Under the pieces are notes generated by a model. The model was given only the letters and a program-made list of their open reading frames with translations, was not told where the DNA came from and ran no database searches. DNA of 63,620 nt, counting the filler, from Octopus bimaculoides (Eukaryota), in the NCBI RefSeq assembly GCF_001194135.2. It is 7 parts of 7 records of this genome, joined end to end, with 100 filler letters (N's around TTAATTAATTAA, not from the genome) between each part and the next. Parts side by side here need not be neighbours in the genome. Positions count along the whole stretch, not along the records: positions 46,455 to 60,478 come from NC_068983.1; positions 60,579 to 63,620 come from NC_068981.1; 5 more parts are not named here. One strand, given 5' to 3'. The position numbers were made by a program, and so were the translations under genes. This document shows, piece by piece, positions 53,366 to 63,620 of the stretch (the stretch's first letter is position 1; each line of letters begins with the position of its first letter).

Positions 53366-55610
53366 CAAAAGGACTCATGATAAAATCGATTAACATGAAT
53401 CAACATAAACACTTGTCTGACAATATGGCATTATTACAGACGTACGCGTAACTTTGAATAAATCAATGTAACAAGTCCTTCTAAGAAAATCTGTCCACTA
53501 CTTGAATATCAGCTGACTAGATTATGTGATACATTTAGCAGTTGATATAGTACAGGAGGAAATATGATTTGTTTCTATGAGAGTTGAACTCTCAGCAAAC
53601 ATTCATCCAAAAATGAAAATCAAGTTTACTACTTACAATTGAGATTAAAGGTAAGACTTATCCTTACTTAGTGAAATGGAAACGAAAAAGAAAGGATCTA
53701 AGGTGTAAAGATGAAACCCCGAAGAACGAAAAAGAATATGATATAAATAAAAAGAAGGCACTTTAAACTATAGAAGAAAAAACGTTTCGGAAATCACAAG
53801 CATTTATTATTCTTTTCCGAAAGAAAAGTGTATTTGAATGAAGACACATTTATTTCAATATCACAGTAAAATTAGTATTCTTGCTTTCTTTCTCTGTCTC
53901 TCTCGCCCCTTTCTTCCTCTCTGGACACAATACATTTATTCCACAACCACTACTTAATAAAACACAACCACATACAACACATATTATATACCCGATCAGC
54001 ATGCAGTAAAATACACAATACGCACTCGACAGGGTAACATCAATATGTCATATATCTTCATTTACATAGCAGCTGCCTATTAAACTACAAACCACATATT
54101 CTACACGAATACCATCCGATACTACAGAACATCAAACACACAGGACATACTAAACTCAAACGCCACTTGAGAAAATAACACAATTCGCATTGTGCATACT
54201 CTACTCAACAGCAAAAAAAGCATAAAAAAGCACTAGACTGGAATAACACAACAAACAATTTTTTTGAAATACTCAAATAGTTTGAAACTGGTGTAGTATA
54301 CAAACACAGTCCTACATTCTTATTAGACACTTATCATTTTGCTGCTGAAAAAGAATACAAATACAAATCATTTATTTATTCTCGTCACATACAGAAAAGG
54401 ATAAGGGAATATGGCAGCGATATGTTGTAACAAGGTAAAGCAATTTACACAAAACTCAGATGATTGAGAAAAACGAAGGCGTTATAAAGAGTATGCAATG
54501 TGATAAACTACCCGAGGAAGAATACTGTCTATGACGAATCAAAGGACCAGGCAGATCTTAAATTATCCTGAAGTAAGGGTAGGTCTCAGCTGCATACTCC
54601 GGCTTACAGACGCATGCTGAATGCATTAACTCGAGCTATGCTCATTTAACTTTCAGCAAATTTATATCTCTCTCGAGTCACAACTTCCATTCTATGAATA
54701 ATTAGAACAGATTGGTAAGCATCTACACTCAGTCTTTCAAACGTGTCAGCTTCACAATCTCCCGCACCAGGGCCAGCAAACAGAAGGAAATGAGCTAGGA
54801 TAGCAGAGCAATCACTACGATGCACTTGAAAGTGCAACCTTCTCGTGAGAACAGTGGTTTAACAAACTTCCGAATTTAGCAGTGCTCGCGTACTGAAAAA
54901 GTGCTCGCGTACTGAAAAAGTGCACGAGAAACGGGTTTTTTCCCCTTATATGTCTCTCGAAAGGACCTGACTGATTGAACATGCATTCCTGCAGCGTATA
55001 TTTTAACAGGTTAAGCTTCTCCACCCACAGTCGAATCACAGATAAGCAAAGATTCTCAGAAATTTGTCGATAGAGCTCGGTCAAAATTCCTCTCTCGCTC
55101 ACCAGCCAACTAATTCTCATCAACACTCAGTGTTTTTTCGAGAACGTTGGTAGTGTAGTTTAATACAAATACATTGGAAAAGTAACGTGGAATTTGCACC
55201 GATCTCACAGTACTTGATGATATTCAGGATGTCAAACGCCTAAATATTCGTTTGACTCTGCAATGTAATTCCGTCGAAGAGACAAATTGGGAGAAATCAT
55301 TTGTGAAAATTGAAGATCGGAGCTGCTTGCCTTCCATGAATATTTTCAGAGGCTGAAATATTATCGGTTATCTATGGATCAACAGTTCGGGAATACCACC
55401 TCTTTCACTAATGGCTAGAATTAGATGGACTTACGGAAAAGTGAATTACATTGATTCTACCAACAGCAAAAGAGTAGACGAGTCCTACCGAGCCGCTTTA
55501 GTCCGCTGCATATCAGAGGTGAAAAAGAAACTTCCAGGCTGAACTATCTCCACTCGATTTCAACTTCTTATTTCTAGTACTATGATGATAATAAAAAAAA
55601 TAAATAAATA

Positions 55611-55687
<77 letters not shown>

Positions 55688-55689
55688 GA

Positions 55690-56528
55690 AGAAGAATAAG
55701 AAGAAACAACAAAAGCTATACAACAAATGAAATCCAAACTAAAACTAGAACAGCAACGGAATATGATAAAACGATGGCAAGAAAAGCCCCTACATGGTAA
55801 ATACTGGGCAAAAGAAATAGATAGAGAAAAATCCCAGCAATGGTTGAGAAGCTCAGGACTCAAAGCAGAGACTGAAGGATTGTTAATTGCTGCAAAAGAC
55901 CAAAGCCTCCCCACCAGAAATCACCAAAAGCATATAATGAAAAGAAACATAACAAGTAACTGTAGAATATGTGGAGATAGACAAGAAACAATAAATCATA
56001 TTATCTCTGGCTGCCTAGTCCTGGCTAAGAAGGAATATATTCACAGACACGACAGATCTGGGACCTATATACACTGCAAGCNNNNNNNNNNNNNNNNNNN
56101 NNNNNNNNNNNNNNNNNNNNNNNNNNNNNNNNNNNNNNNNNNNNNNNNNNNNNNNNNNNNNNNNNNNNNNNNNNNNNNNNNNNNNNNNNNNNNNNNNNNN
56201 NNNNNNNNNNNNNNNNNNNNNNNNNNNNNNNNNNNNNNNNNNNNNNNNNNNNNNNNNNNNNNNNNNNNNNNNNNNNNNNNNNNNNNNNNNNNNNNNNNNN
56301 NNNNNNNNNNNNNNNNNNNNNNNAAATACATAACAAAAGCACCAGGACTTACAAATATATATAACATACAGAAAATTGCACTACTGGGCACTGCACACAT
56401 CCTAAGCAAAACACTTTCAATACAGTAACCATAAGAGCATCACAGCAAACCACAGCACATACCCAAGGCACACAGAACTGCGGTCGGTAGTGAAGGGAAA
56501 GCACGTTATAAAAATAAAACTACTGAAC
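55690..56528 (+). mobile_element. 5'-truncated R4/Dong-like element between (AAT)n arrays
   Basis: LHGKY...GLKAETEGLLIAAKDQSLPT, CCHC motif CRICGDRQETINHIISGC, YIHRHD. 3' end followed by (AAT)n. Confidence 0.9.
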
Positions 56529-56605
<77 letters not shown>

Positions 56606-56624
56606 GAATATTAATACTAATTAT

Positions 56625-57004
<380 letters not shown>

Positions 57005-57029
57005 AAGAAGAAGAAGAAGAAGAAGAAAT

Positions 57030-57578
57030 GCCCGGATGCAGTACCAGGTAGTGGCTCTCATGGTTTCTGATTTTAATTGATTGTAAGTGTTATCATGTAC
57101 ATTGTTTTGTCTTAAAAGATGGGCTACAGCAAACATTCTGCTCAATACCACGGATTTGTTTGTCAGTTGCTTGACCTTAACCAGTTGAGCATCTCACTTG
57201 GGGGCTGACGATATGTGCATCTCTGATCATGAGCAGAAGTAGTGGGGGAGCATCATAGCCATGTGTTGAGAGGAATTATTTGGGGTTTGAATAATTCACC
57301 TTTGGAAACATGGGTGTTTTGCTCAATATCCTTAAACAAACCTTATTCAGGGACCATTTGAGCTGGATGGACTACCCGACCTGAAGAAAATTCTAAATAG
57401 GCCCCATCTGCGTGGTCATGTGCTGTTTATCTTGATATGAGATAACCATGTCGCGCACATATGGTTGTGATGTATGTGCTTGATGTACCGCTATCAAACG
57501 GGTAATCATGATGGGTATAATGGGCTTCGTATATTTTACCCCAGTGTCACTTTGATGGCATACACTGCTCTCTCACTC

Positions 57579-57580
<2 letters not shown>
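57030..57580 (+). mobile_element. Non-coding interspersed element ending in (TAA)n (probable retroposon 3'UTR or non-autonomous element)
   Basis: About 550 bp of complex sequence between (AAG)n and (TAA)n; no ORF. Confidence 0.45.
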
Positions 57581-57639
<59 letters not shown>

Positions 57640-57643
<4 letters not shown>

Positions 57644-59562
57644 AGGGCGCTGAAAAGGAAATATAATATTGAAAGAAAGGGCCTGAAAGTCGTTATGGAG
57701 TAATTGAAACAGCGCCTCGTTGCAAAGAAAGAAAAGATGGTAAAATACAACCAAAGAATTAGGGGTAACCACAAAAATAGGTTATTCACAGACATTCCAT
57801 AAAGAAATGAATAGAGAGTCTACAAATGAAAAGTTGATACCAGATAACAATGAAAGTCAAATGTTTTTGAGTGACACCTGGAGCAAAGACAAGGAGCACA
57901 AGAAGGAAGCTGAATGGTTTCAAGAACTGAAACAAACAGCAGTCTGTCCAAAATAAGCAGAACTAGTCATTTTCGTTAAGGAAGTGAAGGAAAGGAGAAA
58001 AAAAATCAGCAACTGGAAGGCCAAATGGAGTTCAAGGCTACAGGATTACAAGATTTGGTGAATGTCATGCACGAATAGCTGCGCAACATAACACCTTGTT
58101 AAATGCCGACAAAGTAACACCATAGTGGTTGACATTCGGTAGGAAGTGCTGTGCTTAAAAAAAACATCGAAAAAGGCAATAAAGTTGACAATTACAGGCC
58201 GCTATCCTGTTTGCCACTTATGTGGAAGCTGTTGACTGGAATAGTTGCAGAGTCATGGTTCACTGTACGAACAACTGGAACCAATGGAATCCTGCCACAT
58301 GAGCAGGAGGGTTACAAGCGTAAGTGCAGAGGTATCAACTCCTAATAGACAATGTCATACTTAGAGACTGCAAGATGAGGAAAACTAACTTACGCATGTC
58401 ATGGTTCGACTACCGTAAGGCGTACGATATGATCCCACACTCTTCGATTATGCAATGTATGGACCTACTTGGTATTGCATAGAATGTTGAGCGATTGCTT
58501 GGAAAAGGTCTGGTGAATTGGAGGACGGACCTGAGAGCATACGGAAGAAGCTTATGGACAGTAGAAATCAGGAGGGGCATCTTCCCCACTGATCTTGGTA
58601 CTGTGCTTGATACCACTAACGCTGGTTTTGAGGAAAGCAAAAGCAAGATATGTATTCAAAAGCCGCCAACAAAAAGTCAACCATTTGTTAGTCATAGATG
58701 ACCTCAACCTGATGGTAAAGATGAAGCCCAAGTCAGTGTCCTCGTTGATATCGTGTTTAATTTCAGTGCTGATATCAGAATGCAGTTCGGACTGAGAAAG
58801 TGTGGTGCGTTAGTCTTGAAGAGAGACAAAATCAAATGTATGGACGGGCTAACGATACAATCGGGGGAGCTTATGAAGCAGATGGAAAAGACGGGCTATA
58901 AGTACTTGGGGATATTGGAAATGGATAAATTGATGGAGAAAGAAGTGAATTTCAGAAGAATTTAAGGTGGAGTACTTGCGCAGACTGAGACTGACACTTA
59001 AGTCGAAATTAAACTGACGGAATAAGATCGAAGCTATGAACACCTGGGCGGTTTTACTCGTTAGATATGGAGCAGGGGTAATCGCATAGACAGTAGACGA
59101 ACTAAACAGCTTAGACAGAAAGACAAGGAAGTTGCTGACAAGATATGGGACACTCCATCAAAAAAGTGACACAGATAGACTGTATGTACCTAGAAAAAGA
59201 GGACGTAGAGGATTTATTGGATGCGAACACAACATTAGAGCAGAAGAAAACAGCATAGCCTGGTATGTAAAAAATGCCACAGAACTACTATTACTGGAAG
59301 TAAGAAGTTCAGGCTTGTGTAGGATGGAAGATTGCAAAGATAAAGCACTATACAAGCAACTGAAAATGAATGAAACTGGAAATAGATGTGTAAAGAAAAT
59401 AATGCATGGACAGTTTTTCATATGGATGTTGAAGATACGACAGGCCGAGAAAAAAGATGGCTGTGGATGACTAAAATTGATTTAAAATCGGAAACGGAGG
59501 CTCTAATCTGTGCTTCCCATGAGCAAGCACTAAGAACAAATTTCCTTACATACAGAATAGAC
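57640..59562 (+). mobile_element. R4/Dong-like RT region, subfamily 1 (frameshifted)
   Basis: [80 protein letters not shown]. Confidence 0.9.
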
Positions 59563-59812
59563 ACACGCTTCATTGTTTCATTAAATGATTTCTCTGTGAG
59601 GGAGAAAACAAAAGTTTCGTTACGGAAGCAAGGCTATGTCGAGTCGCCTCCTTAAAATGGGAGACAACGGATGCAAACGAACTTGCTAGTCAGCGACAAA
59701 CAGCCCGTCTTCTATGATAGTATAAATGGCGCAACTGAATACATTTTCCCGTGATTTATAATCAATTTTCTTACAAAAATTACAGAGCCGATGTCCAGTG
59801 TAACTTGGCCGG

Positions 59813-60381
59813 CTGGGACCTATATACACTGGAAGCTATGCCAACACTATGGAATAACAACAGAAAAAAGATGGAATAAACACACGCCAGAAAAGGTCAC
59901 AGAAAACGAGAAAGCAACCATACACTGGGATATGCCATTACATACAGATAGAGAAACTAAGGCCAATAGACCAGATATAGTTGTCAAAGATCATGAAGGA
60001 AAAACATGCTTTCTAATGGATGTATCAATACCAGCAGATGACAACGTTTCCCTAAAAGAAATGGAGAAACTTTCAAAATACAAAGACCTGGAAATAGAGG
60101 TAACTCGAGTGTGGAATCTAAAAGCAGAAACAATTCCTATCATAGTAGGTGCGTTAGGCATAATAAAAAAAAATATTCAGACAAATACATAACAAAAACA
60201 CCAGGACTTACAAATATATATAACATACAGAAAATTGAACTACTGGGCACTGCACACATCCTACGCAAAACACTTTCAATACAGTAACCATAAGAGCATC
60301 ACAGCAAACTACAGCACATACCCAAGGCAATCAGAGCTGCACTCGGTAGCGAAGTGAAAGCACGTTATAAAAATAAAACTA

Positions 60382-60387
<6 letters not shown>
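59813..60387 (+). mobile_element. R4/Dong-like RLE domain plus 3'UTR, subfamily 2
   Basis: GTYIHW...ANRPDIVVKD...LMDVSIP...KEMEKLSKY is a PD-(D/E)xK-type RLE. Followed by (AAT)n. Confidence 0.9.
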
Positions 60388-60478
<91 letters not shown>

Positions 60479-60578
60479 NNNNNNNNNNNNNNNNNNNNNN
60501 NNNNNNNNNNNNNNNNNNNNNNTTAATTAATTAANNNNNNNNNNNNNNNNNNNNNNNNNNNNNNNNNNNNNNNNNNNN

Positions 60579-60623
<45 letters not shown>

Positions 60624-62119
60624 AATGCATACACATACATATGTACGTACTTACGTGCATGCATAAATACATAGATATATACATACATACATGCTTGTAT
60701 GTATGTATGTATTATGTATGTAAGTATCGAAAACGAGGTTTCTGCATAACTAATAGAAATATAAAAAAGATATTCCCAGCCAGGATACTTTTTAAGGATT
60801 TACGCAGTTTCCACGTCTTAGATCCTATCTCTATAATAACATCGTCAATGACAGTGAATGACAGAGAATCAATACATCGAAAGCGAGGTAAAAGAATGCA
60901 TAAAAATTTAAAATATTTAGTTAGAACTAAGCGACAGCAACAGAGAAAAGTTGGAAATTACTCCAAAAAAATATGGAAACATTTAGTGACTACGACTGAA
61001 AAAAAAAATAAAAATATTAGTATTTATATAATCAAAAAGTAAACCAAAGCAAGAGAAAACGATGCTGCAACAAATGCAACATGAAGAAGAAAGGCGAATG
61101 AAAGATTAGGTGTTCGGACACAATCCTTCAACGAAGTGTTCAGCAGAGAAGATTTAAATTTGCTTTATCTAAATCTAGTAGAGAAGTTTAATTATTTATT
61201 TGAACTTACATATATTCATCCGATTTTTTGTTTCCTTTCTCTTTCACTCCGCATTTTTTCCTGTTATAATATTCAGGTGAATATTGAAATTTATTTCTTA
61301 AGAGACTCACGCTGCTACAAGCATTTGTTGTTGAGAAACTTTCTAGTCTGAAAGTTAGGCTGTGATACTTTAATAAGCGCTTCCTCTCGTGTCTTTATTT
61401 AATGAACTCATTTCTTTTTAAACACGTAGTTAGATATAATGAGATAACTAAGCTAATAGACTAACAGACAGAAAGATTGGTAGATAGATAGATAGACAGA
61501 GAGACAAAGAAAGAAATATACATGTGTGTATATACATACATTCATATATATATATATATATATAGAAATATATATACACACTCACACACACATACATATA
61601 TGGATGGATAACTTTGGGGGAAAAGTGTGATTAGTTTATGTGTGTGTGTGTGTTTGCGTAAATTTTAAAAGAGCAATATTGAACAAATTGCTTCTATTTT
61701 ATAATTGGAAAATTATAAAATTATACATTTATGCAAAGACATGTGAAAAGAGAGTCTTCAGCCGCCATTGTCTCAATGAATCTTTAGAATTCATTGGGTC
61801 TTACGTAATTATCTGATTGTTCGTGTTTGTGATTAAATGTCCAAGTCATTTTGATCAACAAACTTCTTCGAAGAGAAGCAACTTGCTAATTAACTTGCAG
61901 TGAATAGGATAGAAGAGGGAGAGAGAAAGAGAGAGAGAGAGGTGGGGAGGGAGCAAAGAGCCGAAGAATCATTTACAACACACCCCGAAGAATTCCCTTT
62001 GCTACAGTCAAATAAATAATATATTATTGTCTGATTGTAAAACGGACTCGTAAAGGCATAAGAGTACCAATGACACGTAGAGACAAATCAACTTTATCTA
62101 AAGCAAGGACTCAACAGGC

Positions 62120-62340
62120 CTGCCAGTCGTACTGGCAGAGTCGCTAGTACACTGGACAAAATGATTTGCGGTTTTCTTCCGGTTTATGGTTTCAAATTCT
62201 GTCGCGGTCTACATTGCCATTCATATTTTCGGGGTTGTTAAAATAAAGTACCTGCGAAGTAATGGGGTTGATGTAATCGACTAAACACAACCCTCTGAAA
62301 TTGCTGATCTTGTGCCGGAATTTGCAGCCAATAATAATCT
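62120..62340 (+). mobile_element. SINE family B, diverged
   Basis: ctggcagagtcg...ttcaaattctgtcgcggtc...aaataaagtacc...tgtgccggaatttgc. Confidence 0.75.
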
Positions 62341-62951
62341 TTCGGAGTTTCTGCGGTCTTGTTAATTAATAATTTTTGAGCCTGGTGGGGAAGAGCAGGA
62401 TGGACAGACATCGCCCATGATGTTTACAAGCACAGCGAGATCGTTTAAACTCTTACAGGTCAACTCTTGACAAGAAAGACGCAGACAAATATTCCAGAGG
62501 GATAACGTTGTGGGAGAGGAAGGACCAGAGCTAATGGTAATGTGGAGCCGAGAGGGTCGGGCCCCACAAAATTGATGATAGACAGAAAGACAAGTGAGAC
62601 AGGCTTGCCTGAACGGGGGATGTACGAGGCCAGCCAGGCCTGTGAAACAGTGAACATCGTAGCAAACAAAGTTGAGCAGTTGCCCCAAACTAAACACTGA
62701 GATTATCGTTAACGATTTGTAGGTACGTAGTGCTTCGTTATTCAAACACAATATACGATAAGGTATACTAAATGTTTTCATATGTCAGTACCACGTTCTA
62801 TTGCGTCAGCAGTGCTTCGTAAATTATTTTGTTAAGGTCATGTCTACAGATATTCTGTAGAACGTATAACCAGCACTGAGTTTAGCTACAACGTTTCGTA
62901 TATGAGGTGTCAAGTATAAACAAACAATGCGATCGAAGAAAAAGTGGGTAA

Positions 62952-63001
62952 CGAGTGTATATGCCATATTTCGGGTGTTGTTCGCCCTTCTTCAGAACTC
63001 A
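62952..63001 (-). ncRNA. Type I hammerhead ribozyme motif with intact catalytic core
   Basis: CUGAAGA-A, stem II GGGCG/CACCC, GAAA, stem III AUAUG(G)CAUAU, AUA triplet, stem I UGAGU/ACUCG. Confidence 0.7.
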
Positions 63002-63451
63002 TCTAACCCACTATTGCCTTTGAAATGATAATATCGGTTTCATTAATGTTGGAGATTGTATCGTTTCAGTTAGAGAGGAAGATATTTTCCATCGACTTGC
63101 AAATCTCTTTCTTACAGATTTAAAGCAACAGATGGTGGTGGTGGTGGTGGTGGTGGTGGTAGTGGTGGTGGTGCATTCCAGAGTGCATCATCATCATCAT
63201 CATCAGTTGAAGACACAAGAAACTCTGAATAAAATAATTCTTTGGCTGCTAAGCCTAAACGAGGTTGTGGTGGCGAACTAGTAAATCAAGCTAAGACAGG
63301 AGACAAACAAGAACATATCTTCCTTGTTCCAGCTACAACGGAGAGAAAGAAAGAAGATGGCCGATGGTCAGGTGGGAGTCACGTGAGCAAAGGAGGAGGA
63401 GTGAGGGAGCGTGACAGAGTAATAGGATAGACTAGTGGGAGAAGAGGAGGA

Positions 63452-63605
63452 CGACGGACTTCTTTCAGTTTCCGTCTACCCCACAAGGCTTTTGTCGGCC
63501 CGAGGCTATAGTAGAAGACACTTGCCCAAGGTGCAACGCAGTGGGACGGAACCTGGAACCGTGTGGTTGGAAAGGAAGCTACTTACTACACAGCCACTCC
63601 GACGC
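63452..63605 (-). mobile_element. SINE family A head
   Basis: Minus strand ggagtggctgtgtagtaagtag...ggttccgtcccactgcg...cttgggcaagtgtctt. Confidence 0.85.
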
Positions 63606-63620
63606 CTATATATATATATA

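Noticed and set aside
62400-62700. GC-richer segment with ORFs 62362-62781 and 62460-62669
   Set aside because: No recognisable protein; at most a very decayed RTE tail (CGRGR). Similar weak case at 3545-3650.

Overview
Gap-riddled, AT-rich animal genomic DNA, probably from an octopus/cephalopod draft assembly (inferred from the SINE types and extreme microsatellite load). I find no intact protein-coding gene, rRNA, tRNA or CRISPR array. Most ORFs in the track are microsatellite or N-gap artefacts. The window is a mosaic of microsatellites, three tRNA-derived SINE families, a Tx1/L1-like LINE end, a dense cluster of R4/Dong-like RT-RLE retrotransposons in (AAT)n arrays at 51-60.5 kb, Penelope-like elements, Tc1/mariner/pogo elements and MITEs, Helitron and Gypsy remnants, and a 38-bp satellite. 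The main unexplained structures are: (i) several minimal type I hammerhead-ribozyme motifs from different repeat families, two nearly intact; (ii) retroelement families apparently partitioned by microsatellite target; (iii) a satellite with an internal fold-back palindrome; (iv) a chain of small + strand candidate exons at 20.6-28.9 kb. All motif alignments and RNA folds were done by eye.
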